Shown here piece by piece: positions 46,463 through 58,439 of a DNA stretch of 64,000 bases (position 1 is the stretch's first letter; each line of letters begins with the position of its first letter). This DNA is from Heterodontus francisci (lineage: Eukaryota): positions 33,849,112-33,913,111 of the forward strand of contig NC_090390.1 in NCBI RefSeq assembly GCF_036365525.1, written 5' to 3'. A model generated the notes under the pieces. That model made no database searches, had not been told where the DNA came from, and saw nothing but the letters and a program-made list of their open reading frames with translations. The position numbers were made by a program, and so were the translations under genes.

Positions 46463-47100
46463 ATAACGTTCGATCAAAAGTGATGTGTGCTGACCGAAAC
46501 TGCTTCAGCAACTTCAGAAGGAGAACTTCAAGGTGAGTCTTTGGCACTTGCTACTGTTTGCCAAGACCATTAACGCAATTCCCCTACGTCTCATTTTGAG
46601 CAGCTTTTATGAATTTGGCATGAATATCATCCATGCCAGCTGCCCTAGCTACTCTAGTGTGGAGTGGACCTCTTCCCATGAAACTGGTTCATTAAGGCCT
46701 CTATTTGTGCAGCATGCTCCATTAGCTTTTCCAACCGCTGTGCAGATGGATCCTTGCTATGGTCTGTTGGTCAGATGCCAAATCAGTATAATGCTTTCTC
46801 AATACCCTAATGTTGCCCTCATGGGTTTGCTGGAGAAAACTGGGCTGGCACTAACTCAAATGAACCGTTCTGACCATGACTTCTAGCAGAGACATTAACC
46901 AACAGAAAGTGATGCTGGCTTCATGACAAAGGATGATTGCCAACTCACAATGGCTGATGACCTCTGTGTTACAAGTGATCAGTCCAAGGTGCATAACAAC
47001 TCTCCTTCCTTTTCAGGTTACCATACCAGAGGGCGTTTAGTGAATGGATGGCTAGCAAGCTAATCACTACCACATCACCTGCCATCAAGACCATCCCAGC
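46463..47100 (-). pseudogene. Old non-LTR retrotransposon remnant (upstream half, pre-RT region)
   Basis: LNEPVSWEEV..L...AAGMDDIHAKFIK resembles the conserved K(A/S)PG.D.I..E..K block that precedes NYRGIS. Confidence 0.55.
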
Positions 47101-47103
47101 AAA

Positions 47104-48300
47104 AGCAAAAGGGAAGTTCTGCGGCAGGGTGAAAGGCAGGAGAGATTTAATGAACAGCAGAATACTGCGGATAATGGAAATCTGGAATATAAACAGAAAT
47201 GCTGTAAATATTCAGCAGGCCAGGCAGCGTCTGAGGAGAGAGAAACAGAGTTAACAGGTAGGATTTTATCCTGCCCTTGGAGACGGAAATGGAGGTGGGG
47301 GGGCCAAAGAAAATGGCAAGGGGTGTTGTGTCTGACGGTGTCCTGGCCGCCTGCCATTTTGTCTGTGGTGGGGAAAGCCAAGGTTAGCCTTCCCACCCCA
47401 GGCCAATTGAGGCCCTTATGTGACCAATTAATGGCCGATAAAGCGCCTCTTCTCACCTTCGCTCCAATTTTATGGATTACAGAGGGGCCTGTTGCCGCAT
47501 GGAGACACTGCCAGGTAAAGCCACATGGAGACACTGCCAGGTAAAGCCTGGCAGTCTCCTAGCAAACTCGGTGGGGTGGGCTGCGGGGGGGCATCTATCT
47601 TTTGAGGTCAATCCATGGCCACCGGGGCTCCCCCGGTGGCAATGGCCACACCCCTGGCCAGAGCCCCCTCCCACTCTCACCATAGAATTGCAACAGGAGT
47701 CCAACGAAGGGAAGAGGAAGGGTCTCCCCCCACCCCGCACCCCCCCCGCGCCACCCCCCCCCCCCAACCACCTGGCCTGCCGCTGCGACCCCCATCACCA
47801 GAACAAAATCCAACCCAATGTTTCAGGTTGGTGACCTTTAGTCAGAACTGGAAAATGTTATAGATGTAATAGGTTTTGAACAAACACAGAGGCAGGGAAA
47901 GAGGGAGCAAAAGGGAAGGTCTGCGGCAGTGTGAAAGGCAGGAGAGATTTAATGAACAGCAGAATCATTACCAGCACCAGCTGTCTGAAAAAATGCAGTA
48001 GTTATGATCGGAAATTGTTAAACACGCTATTTAGTCCAGAATGCTGTAAAGTGCCTAATTGAAAGTTGAGGTGCTGTTCCTTGAGTTTACAATGAGCTTT
48101 ATTGCATCAGTGTAGGAAGCAGAGGACAGAGAGGTCTGAGTGGGAGTGGAGCAGTGTATTAAAATGGCAAGTGACCGGATGCTCAGGATGACCATCCAAT
48201 CTGCATTTGGTCTCCCCATTGTATAGGAGACACATCGTGGACAGTGATTACAATATGCAAAATTGAAGGAAGTATGTGTAAATCACTATTTCCCCTGGAC
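47104..48300 (-). mobile_element. Penelope-like element fragment (pLTR plus GIY-YIG remnant), split by a MITE
   Basis: PLE terminal sequence at 47160-47255 and 47817-47965. Minus-strand FTHTSFNFAYCNHCPRC..Y..G at ~48200-48290 resembles the PLE GIY-YIG (N.VY.I.C..C...YIGET). Confidence 0.7.
47256..47816. mobile_element. Harbinger-type MITE in the PLE hammerhead
   Basis: TIRs AGGTAGGATTTT / AAAATCCAACCC and TSD AAC(47253-55)/AAT(47817-19, CpG decay). It contains a tandem CATGGAGACACTGCCAGGTAAAGC duplication. Confidence 0.85.
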
Positions 48301-48364
48301 AGACCACATCCCAGGATGCAGGGTTGCCGATATCCTTCTTGTGGCTTAGCGTCCTTAATTATGA

Positions 48365-48712
48365 GAGTTTCGATGGAGTAAATAAATAGAAACTGTTTTC
48401 ACTGCAGAAGGGTTGGTAACCAGTGGACACAGAATTAAGAAAGAACTGCAGGGGGTGGGGGAGTGGGGATAGGAGGAGAATTTATTTTACACAACAAGTT
48501 GTTATGATCTGGAATGCACTGCCTGGAAGGGTGGTGGAAGCAGATTCAATAGTAACTTCCAAAAGGGGATTGATAAATAGCTGAAAAGGAAAACATTGCT
48601 TGGCTAGGGGGAAAGAACAGGGTGATGGAACTAATTGGATAGTTCTTACACTGAGCTGGCACAGCCACAATGGGCCAAATGGCTTTCTTCTGTGCTATAA
48701 GATTCAATGATT
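48365..48712 (+). mobile_element. CR1 3' end, old
   Basis: GTTATGATCTGGAATGCACTGCCTG..TGGGCCAAATGGC..TGTGCT. Confidence 0.75.
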
Positions 48713-49271
48713 TAAATTGTTTGTCTAATTAAGTTAATTTCATGACATATTCTAAGTTAAATCACTTTTTGCAGTTGAACAGGCATATTTATTGCAATAA
48801 GCATTGCAGTTTGGGAACAATTTCCGACTGATTATTGGGAAATCACGTGTCACTACAATCCTGACCAGTTTCCTCTCATCACTGCAAACAACTCCTTTTC
48901 AGCATTTAACAAAAAGTGGTGATTGAAGCAAAATGTTCCTTGATTCATTTATCTCTGGCTACACAATAGCAATCAATGTGATTTCACTTACTCTGGTAAT
49001 GCAGTGCAGGCAACTCTCATAGTTTGAACTGTTAGAGAATGCTGGTTATTTAACCTTTTAATTGCATATCCAGATTTTTTTTTTGACCATCTCCTTTTGC
49101 CTTGCACCATTATCCCTTTCAGCATTTAATTTCTCCTGCCTTCCACCCTATCACAGACCTTCCCTTTTCTTCTTAACCCCCTCTCCCTTTCTCTGCCTCT
49201 GTACTTGCTTAAACCCTACTACATCTCTGACTTTTACCAGTTCTGATGAAAAGTCATTAACCTAAAACATT

Positions 49272-51013
49272 GGTCAGAATTTTATCAAAAGGCAAGTTGT
49301 CCGGCCACCGGGACTGAAAGTGGGTCCCAAGCCAACATGGATGGATGGCGGGACCCTGGGTGGCATTTTACGAGTGCCAGCCAGTTAAGAGGCTGCTGTC
49401 GGGACAGCTGTCCAATTGAGGATGGCGGTGTGTCTCTCAGAGCTGCTGGCCCAATCATAGGGCCGGCAGCCTTGGCAACTCCATCTGCAGGAAGAACAAG
49501 GGGGTGCCTCTTGAGGTGCCCTTGAAAGCCAGGTAAGATTTTTTTACTGTGTCAGGCCCAGGCAGGCAGGCCCCAGAGATTGGAGTGGTGCACCCTCCAG
49601 GGTGGCAGTGGAGCCGAGAGGGTGGCCATTGCCGCCGGGTGGCTCCTCCATAGGTCATAGAGCAGACTGCCAGGGTTTACTTTGCGGTCTCTACAAGTGG
49701 TTGTGGCCCCTCCCGATGCTGGTAAAATACCAGTGGAGGCATGAAGTGGACATTAATTGGCTTTGTTACAGACAGGTGGTAAGCGATGTGAGTTGACTTC
49801 CACTCCTCATTTCTCAACTGACCACAATTGTGTTTTGTTAAAAATGTGTATTAGTCTATGCATTTTAGGGTCAGAAAAACAGACAAACAACAAGTTTTCT
49901 TGTAGGTTAAAAAAAGAAGATAACTATTTATATTTTTAAAACATTTCCCGAAATGGTCACAACCTTCACCCACTCACACATACATTCACAAGAATAGATA
50001 AAGAGAAAATGGTAGGATGAAATTTTAAAGTTCAAAGTGTATAAGAGTTTGTGGTTTACAGAATATTATTGAGTCTTCTCGGGAGGAAAAGTCTTTTTTA
50101 AAGGTGCAGGCCTGGTTGTTTGCAGTCTTGAACTTGCTGAGGTGTCGTAGAGCTCTAGTGGTTAAAACTCAGCCCAATGTTGGTGGTGTGCATTTGGTTT
50201 ACCTTCACAGATGGAGAGTCTCAAAGTCACTTTGTACTTTCGCTGCTGTAGTGGTAGTTCAGTTCTTGTTCAGCAGGGTTTTCTGCTTGGCTGCATCTCT
50301 CTGTAGCCTCTGGCTGTAAACTGGCTTTTTTGGCTTGATCTCTCTCTCTCTCTCTCCAGCAGGTTACCTTTTAAGGTCAAAATCTATCACCTCTGTTGGG
50401 TGACACATGGTCCTCTCCCCTGGCGTGACCACAAAATGGACCAGGATATAGAAAGCATGGCTATCTATTGATATCTGAATGGGGACTATTCTGTTATAAT
50501 GATGCTACTTCACACCTATTCATTTTGGTTTGGACTGTGAGTCAGTCTGTCTCCAGAACCTTTTGTTAGTTAATTCATGTATAGAGGAGTCATCAATATG
50601 CAATCGTGCTCCTTTCAATTTCAATGGATTCTCCCCAGAGCTATTCAGACACAGTTAATGAATTTTGTCTTTATAAACGGGTTTGTTGATTTCCAGTAAA
50701 GGGGGTGGGGGTCACGTGACCATCACTCTATTTTGACTGTGGTACACGTGTCTATGTTCTTGTGGTTTAGTTTAACAGTTGACTTTTTATTTTCATAATT
50801 CCTCTAATTCATTGTCCATTTCATCATGGCTCCTTCCGTGCATGACACCCTATTAATCGGTTTAATTGCTCGCTACCATTCCCACCATTGATAATATCCC
50901 ATGGCCACGGGATGACATCAGGCCCCCATCCCCTCCTCCAATTCCTTCTACCATTATTGTACGACACCTACCACCTCCCAGCCTGTCTCTAAAGGGCTGG
51001 TAAAATCAAGCCC
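49272..51013. mobile_element. Harbinger-type MITE carrying a solo LTR
   Basis: TIRs GGTCAGAATTTTA / TAAAATCAAGCCC and degenerate TSD ATT/CTT (ancestral GTT). Internal similarity to 10255-10992. Confidence 0.8.
49764..50847. mobile_element. Solo LTR (Gypsy-like)
   Basis: TGTTACA...CATGACA termini as at 22441-23382. It interrupts the MITE's TTAATTGG palindrome, and the TSD is degenerate. Confidence 0.7.
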
Positions 51014-51659
51014 CTTAACTCTGTTTCTCTCTTCACAGATGCTACCTGAACTGCTGAGCATTTCCATCATTTTCTACTTTTATTCCAATTTTGTTCTGAA
51101 ATTAATCATATTTCCAGAACACTCCCTTTAGAACACAGTTAATTTTCTGAATTGTTAAAGGTCCTGAGTTTGCCTATTTATCAATCAGTCGCACCATTAT
51201 TTGGAGGTGTGCTGAATTAGCAAACCCCCTAGGATAACATCTGTGTCTATTTTAATGTACTCTATGATTGAAATAAGAACAAAAAGCAGCAAATGGCTCA
51301 GAAAATGCTGATCCGATAAACCCGATAAAAAGGCAATGATTTTAGACAATAGATTGCTGCTATATATGTTGTAGATACTATACTCTCATTCAAATTAATT
51401 GTGTGGTACAATAGTGCTCATTTATAAAAAATACCTTTGTATTCATTGCTGTAATTTAAAAAGAAAAAATAGGCTTTACTGCTATTTCCCGCCCACCAAA
51501 AATGGAGAGGAATGTTATAAAACTGGCAGGGGTTTTTCCATTCTCTCTTACTTTCTTACAGCTTTCTGTCTCTATCCAAAAGTCTGCTTCACCCTCCCTG
51601 AAGGCAAGGCGGTCAATGGTGGAATGATTAAAATGAAAGAGGAGCACAGAGGTCTTGGA

Positions 51660-52110
51660 GGGTTGTGGGCCTAAGGAGGTAACAGAGATTGGGAAGAGTG
51701 AGGCCATGGAGGGACTTTAAAACAAGGATAAGAATTTTAAAATCAAGGTTTTATATAACAGGTAGCCAGTGCAGGTCAGTGAGCACAGGGGTGATGGGTG
51801 AGCAAGACTTGGTGTGAGTTAGGACACGATCAGGAGAGATTTGGATGACTTCATGTTTATGGAAGGTAGAATGTAGGAGGCCAGCCAAGAGTGCATTAGA
51901 ATAATCAAGTCTGGAGGTAACAAAGGCATGGATGAAGGCTTCAGCAGCAGATGAGCTGAGGTAAGGGCAGAGTCGGGCAATGTTACAGATTTGGTAATGA
52001 AGGGTCTTAAATGTCTTAAGAAGGGTCTTTAACAAGGAGAGAATGGGAGAGAGGTGAAGAGGTTTATTGGGCGTCTTGGATGGAAGGCCAGAGCTTAGGG
52101 CCTTGATGGC
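51660..52110 (-). mobile_element. L2 LINE fragment
   Basis: NIARLCPYLSSSAAEAFIHAFVTSRLDYSNALLAGL..ITPVLTDLHWLPV. Confidence 0.9.
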
Positions 52111-52539
52111 TGAAGACCCAAGTTACACCTCCTCACAAATCACAAGAAAGCAAAATTAAAGATGGACCATTATATCAACAAAATACAACACTCATCCTGG
52201 TGTGATGGAAATCTGACTTTCTAGCTTCTGCAGCATCAAAAAGAGGTGCATATGCTAAAAAAAAAGCAAATCTATATTTATTTGTAAAAACTGAATATTT
52301 TAAAAATGTGGTGTGAAAAGAATGTCATGCTGCACCCTCATATAACTGTTGAAGTGTTGCACTTGAATGCAATGCCCATAACAACATGCTTTACTTGAGG
52401 GCAATCATACACAGAGAAAAAACAGTCTTGTTTAATCACCAACACCTATTGTAGTGAGGAAGAAAATATAGTTGACACTAGCAAAAAAAAAACATTGGAT
52501 GCACAGTCATTTCAGCTCAAGTCATTTGACAAGATGTTA

Positions 52540-52958
52540 GCTGTGACTCAGTGGTAGCACGTTCGCTTGAGTCAGAGACTTGATCACATAATCTAGGCTG
52601 CCACTCAAGTGCAGTTCCAAGGGAATGCTGCACTGTCGGAGGTGCTGTCTTCTGGATGCAAACCGAGGCTTTGTCTTCTGTTTCAGGTGAATGCAAATGA
52701 TCCCATGGCACTATTCAAAGAAGAGCAGGGGAATTTTCCCTGGTGTTCTAGTCAACAGTAATCCCTCAACCAATGTCATGTAACCAGATGATTTGATCAT
52801 TATCTCATTGCTGTTTGTGGGACCATGTTTTGTGCAAATTGGCTGCTGTATTTCCTACATTACAACAATGACTGTACTTCAAAAGTGCTTCATTGGCTGT
52901 ACAGCACTTTGGGATGTCCTGAGATCTTAAAGGCACCATGTAAATGTACGTTCTTTAT
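52540..52958 (+). mobile_element. DeuSINE (SacSINE1-like)
   Basis: tRNA-like head (CTCAGTGGTAGCAC), Deu-domain GATCCCATGGCACTATT.AAGAAGAGCAGGGG..CTCATTGCTGTTTGTGGGA..CAAATTGGCTGC, L2-type tail. Confidence 0.8.
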
Positions 52959-53204
52959 TCTAAAGCTAAAGAGTTGGGGGAAAGGCATTATTGGGTAATT
53001 TACATGTGTGACCATTCTTCATATGTCAGCCTAGACAGAGTGGTTGAACTTTAACATCCAAAGATGGATGGTTTGGGGTCGGGTCAGAGGTTAAAATTCA
53101 AAAAATCTGAAACAGGAACCGAATCCAGCTCAAACTCGCCCACTTCTGGTTTTAACAAAGGCGAGTCAAAGGGAGGGTGACCAATCCACTCACAGGAGGC
53201 AGGT

Positions 53205-54210
53205 TATCATAGAATGGTTACATAACAAAAGGAGGCCATTCGGCCCATCGTGTCTGTGCCAGATCCCTGTTTGAGCAACTCAGATTGTCCCACTCCCCGA
53301 CCCTTTCCCCATAGCCCTGCAATTGTTTTCTCTTCAGGTGCTTATCCAATTCCGTTCTAAAAGCCACAATTGAATCTGCCTCCACCACACTCTCAGACAG
53401 CACATTCCAGATCCTAACCACTCGCTGTGTAAAAACGTTTTTCCTCATGTAGCTGCTGGTTCTTTTGCCAATCAACTTAAATCAATGTCCTCTGGTTCTC
53501 AACCCTTCCACCAGCGGGAACAGTTTCTCCCTATCAACTCTGTCTAGACCGCTCATCATTTTGAAAACCTCGATCAAATCTCCTCTCACTCTTCTCTTCC
53601 CTAAGGAGAGCAGCCATAGCAGAGCCAATCTATCCGCATAATTGAAGTCCCTCATCCCTGCAACCATTCTTGTAACTCTGTTTTACAACGTCTCTAAAGC
53701 CTTCACACAGCACTGCAGCGGAGGATGAATCAGAGCTTTATAAAGGTTCATCATCATTTCCTTGCTTTTGTACTCTATGCCTCTATTTATAAAGCCCAGG
53801 TTCCCGTATGCCTTTTTAATCACTTTCTCAATCAGCCCTGCCACCTTCAATGATTTGTGCACATATATGCCCAGGTCCCTCTATTCCTGCACCCCCTTTA
53901 GAATTGCGCCCTTTATTTTATATTGCCGCTTCTCATTCTCCCTACCACTTCACAACTCTCTGTGTTAAATTTCATCTCCCACATGTCTGCCCATTCCACC
54001 AGCCTCTCTAATTAATACGCACTTGTCCAAGTGACTGTTGATTTTGTCCCGGATTATCGTTTCTAAAAAAGCTTTCCCACCACTGAGGTTAAATTGACTG
54101 GCCTGCAGTTGTTGGGTTTATCCTTACAACCTTTTATTCAACTCGGGTGCAACATTTACAATTCTCCAGTCCTTTGGCACCACCTCAGTAATGGGGATTT
54201 AAGATTATTG
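53205..54210 (-). mobile_element. CR1 fragment(s), old
   Basis: RRVRGDLIEVFK.M.GLDRVDREKLFPL, FTQRVVRIWN, and a NYRPVSLT-like block at ~54090. Confidence 0.85.
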
Positions 54211-55026
54211 CCAGGTTTGGTCATTCCAATATATTAATCAGACTGTGTGCCTTCATTTTAACAGTGATTCTATGTTTAACCACTAGCAACTGTGTTTCCC
54301 AGACCTTGGGGAAACGATAGGTGAAAGGTAGCGAGAAAGGCTGAAACCATCAGCTAAGTGCTTTTACAGAGCTGCTGTGGGCCAAGAGGAGCAGGAGTTT
54401 CCTTCAGGCCTAACAAGCTACCTAGTAATCTCCCCCACTGCGATCTGTCTTCTCCCTCCTACCCCACCATTGGAACCCACCCCCTCGACCACCATCTGTA
54501 AGCACCCCCCAAAACCACAACCACCTCCCACAATCTCTCCAATCCCCAACTAGACCTACCTGCTTTTAGCCCAGCTCAGCTGTGGTCTTGTGCTGTAGGA
54601 GTCGCTGCTTGAAAGGCCTCCAGCCTGCCAATCAGGCTGCCTGTAAGCAGGAAACCTATAAAAAGACCCATAAAGTTGTTCTGCAATTTTTAACATGCAC
54701 TTCTGGGTTTTCCAATCTCAAACGTCCCCCCAACTCATGCACAGAACGTGCCTCTTTTTTAAAATTTCCAAAATATACTTTATTCATAAAAATCTGTAAA
54801 AATTACATTCCCAAATAGTTTAAAACAGCATCAAGTCAAAAAATACAAACAGTGCAAAGGTGATCAGTTTCCTTCTATACAATTATGAGTTGCCTCACAA
54901 CCCTTCCATTTCACATTTGTCATGCCAGATACATTTTTACATTATACAGGAGACAGAAATTTTCCCGATACAGTTCGAGGGGTTTCCCATGGATCCAGCC
55001 CCTCAGTTCAGCTTGATGGGGGGACC

Positions 55027-58000
55027 TTACACTGTGGTCTTTCCCCATTGAGCCTTTGCTGCGGCTGCCCCAAGCTTTAGTGCGTCCCTCAGCAAGTAGT
55101 CCTGGACCTTGGAATGTGCCAGTCTGCAACATTCGGTGGTGGACAACTCTTTGCGCTGGAAGACCAGCAAGTTTCGGGCAGACCAAAGGGCGTCTTTCAC
55201 CGAATTGATAGTCCTCCAGCAGCAGTTGATGTTTGTCTCGGTGTGCGTCCCTGGAACAGCCCGTAGAGCACAGACTCCTGTGTTACAGAGCTGCTTGGGA
55301 TGAACCTCGACAAAAACCACTGCATCTCTTTCCAACCTGCTTTGCGAAGACACATTCCAGGAAGAGGTGGGCAACCGTCTCTTCCCCACCACAGCCACCG
55401 CGGGGACATTGTGCGGAGGGGGCGAGACTTCGGGTGTGCATGAAGGATCTGACGGGGAGGGCCCTTCTCACCACCAGCCAAGCTACGTCTTGGTGCTTGT
55501 TTGAAAGTTCTGGTGATGAGGCATTCCGCCAAATGACTTTGACGGTCTGCTCGGGGAACCATCCGACAGGATCCACCGTCTCCTTTTCCCGTAGGGCCTT
55601 GTGGACATTCCGTGCAGACCACTGCCTGATGGACCGGTGGTCAAAGGTGTTTTCCCGCAGAAACTGCTCCACGAAGGATAGGTGGTACGGCACGACCCAA
55701 CTGCATGGAGCGTTCCGTGGCAATGTGACCAGGCCCATCCTTCGCAACACCGGGGACAGATAGAACCTCAGCACGTAGTGACACTTGGAGTTTGCGTACT
55801 GGAGGTCTACACACAGCTTGATGCAGCCGCACACGAAGGTGGTCAACAGGATGAGAGCCACGTTGGGTACATTTTTCCCGCCCTTATCCAGAGATTTGAA
55901 CATCGTGTCCCTCCGGACCCGGTCCATTTTAGATCCCCAGATGAAGTGGAAAATGGCTCGGGTGACCGCCACAGCGCAGGAGTGGGGTATGGGCCAGACC
56001 TGCGCCACGTACAGCAACAACGTGAGCGCCTCGCACTGATGACCAGGTTCTTACCCACAATGGAGAGAGATCGCTGCCTCCACATGCTCAACTTTTGTTT
56101 ACCTTGGCTACTCGCTCCTCCCAGGTTTTGGTGCACGCCCCGGCCCTTCCGAACCATATCCCCAGCACCTTCAGGTAATCTGACCTGACGGTGAAGGGGA
56201 CAAAGGATCAGTCAGCCCAGTTCCCAAAGAACATGGCCTCGCTCTTGCCGTGGTTAACCTTGGCTCCCGAGGCCAGTTCGAACTGGTCGCAGATGCTCAT
56301 CAGTCTGCGCACGGACAGCGGATCCGAGCAGAAGACGGCGACGTCATCCATGTATAGAGAGGTTTTAACCTGAGTGCCTCCGCTGCCTGGGATTGTCACC
56401 CCTCTTATGCTCGCATCCTTCCTAATAGACTCAGCAAAGGGTTCAATACAGCAAACAAACAAGACCGGGGAGAGAGGACAGCCCTGTCTAACTCCAGATT
56501 TGATCGGGAAACTTTCCGATTCCCACCCATTGATTGAGACTGCGCTACTGATGTTTGTGCAGAGCAGTTGGATCCAATTGCAGATTCCCTCCCCAAACCC
56601 CATTTTGGAAAGCACGTCCATCATGCAGGTGTGTGATATCCTGTCAAAAGCCTTCTCCTGGTCCTGGCTGATGAGGCAGGTGTCCACCCTCCTGTCCCGT
56701 ACGTAGGCGATCGTATCCCTGAGTAGCGCGAGACTATCAGAGATCTTCCTGCCGGGTACAGTGCAGGTCTGATCGGGGTGAATCACCAACTCCAGAGCAG
56801 ACTTGACTCGACTGGCTATGACTTTGGACAGAATCTTGTAGTCAACATTAAGCAGTGAGATGGGCTGCCAATTTCTGATTTCTGCCCTCTCCCCCTTCCG
56901 CTTGTAAATGAGGGTGAAGATGCCTTTCCTCATGGATTCTGACATGCTGTCGGCCAGGAGCATACTCTCGTATACTTCCAGCAGATCCGGGCCGACCCAG
57001 TCCCACAGGGCCGAGTACAACTCGACAGGTAAGCCATCGCTTCCGGGAGTTTTACTCGTCTCGAAGGACTCGACGACCTTTGTCAGCTCGTCCAGAGTTA
57101 GCGGCTTGTCCAGTCTCTCCCTCCTGCTGTCATCTAAGACCTCTGTGATAGATGACAGGAAGGACAGGGAGGCTCTGCTGTCTGAGGGCTTCGCGTCATA
57201 CAACCCAGCATAAAAGGATTTGCTGATCCTTAATATGTCGGACTGCGAAGACGTTGCCGAGCCATCTTCTTCCTTCAGGCTGCTGATAACAGAGCTTTCT
57301 CTGTGTACCTTTTGGAAGAAGTAGCGTGAGCACGTCTCATCCTGCTCGATGGAGCGGACTCTGGACCGGAAGATGATCTTGGAGGCCTCCTTGGCAAAGA
57401 GCGAGGCCTGCTGGCTCTTCACCTCTTGGAGGTCCTCCTTGACCTCGACCCCCATTGACTGCAACCGGAGCAGATTTTGCATACTTTTCTGGAGTCGGGA
57501 CATTTCCCTCTGTCTCTCTCTCATCCTCTCAACACCTTTGTGGATGAAGAACCTCTTGATGTTCTCCTTAATCGCTTCCCACCAGTGAACTGGAGACTCA
57601 AAGAGGGGTTTCACGGTCGTCCAACCTTTGTAATCCCTTTTGAGTTCCTCAACGTTCTCTGGGGTCAGCAGTGTAGCATTGAGCTTCCATGTCCCTCTGC
57701 CAACCCGCTGGTCGTCCTGTAAGTGACAGTCGGCCAGTAAGAGGCAGTGGTCGGAGAAGAACACCGGCTTGACGTCGGTGGATCCGACCGTGATGGGACG
57801 GGACACAAACAGGAAGTCAATCCTGGAACGGGCAGACCCGTCCGATCTTGACCATGTGTATCTGCACTGCGCTCCGTCTGCAGGTTTGCTGAAGACATCG
57901 TGCAGTTTGGCATCTTTAACTGTTTCTATTAGGAATCTGGACGTAGCGTCCAGTTTGCTGTCGTCACTGCCAGATCGTCCAGCCGCATCGATGATGCAGT

Positions 58001-58430
58001 TGAAGTCGCCGCCTAGGATGACCGGCCTGGACGTCGCCAGCAGCAGTGGGAGCTGCTGGAAGACGGTCAGCCGCTCGCTGCGTTGTACCGGGGCGTACAC
58101 GTTGATCAACCGGAGCGGAGCGTTGTTGTACACCACGTCTGCTACGAGGAGGCGACCGCCCACCACCTCCTTAACTTCGGAGATGGTGAAGTTACCTCCC
58201 CGCAGCAGAATACCCAGGCCGGAGGAACGGCAATCATTATCCCCCGACCTGATCGATGGCCCGTGGGACCACCATCGCGACCACTGCCTGTAGGTGCTGA
58301 GGTGTGGTATTCCACACTCCTGCAGAAACAGTAGGTCGGCTTTGACCTTGGCGAAGTAATCCAAGGTTGAAACACATCGCGTAGTAGATTTAATGCTACG
58401 CACATTAATGGAAGCAATCTTTACACCCAT
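55027..58430 (-). pseudogene. Tx1-clade ORF2 (APE-RT-CCHC), with a stop at 56208 and several frameshifts
   Basis: IASINVR, LQEC, GGDFNC, SRIDF, FSDH. PGSDG, DQEKAFD, GVRQGCPLSP, YMDD. C-terminal CPRGGCGGEETVAHLFLEC. Confidence 0.93.
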
Positions 58431-58439
58431 TTTTTAAAG

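Larger units (their letters stand above)
49075..51085 (+). mobile_element. PLE terminal fragment (49075-49271 + 51014-51085) split by a MITE
   Basis: CCAGTTCTGATGAAAAGTCATTAACCTAAAACATT|...|CTTAACTCTGTTTCTCTCTTCACAGATGCT. Confidence 0.75.

Noticed and set aside
49315-49365. Twister-ribozyme-like GGTCCCAAGCC
   Set aside because: It lacks the upstream UAAC..GCC and downstream GGAGGG pairing partners, and it lies in MITE subterminal sequence.
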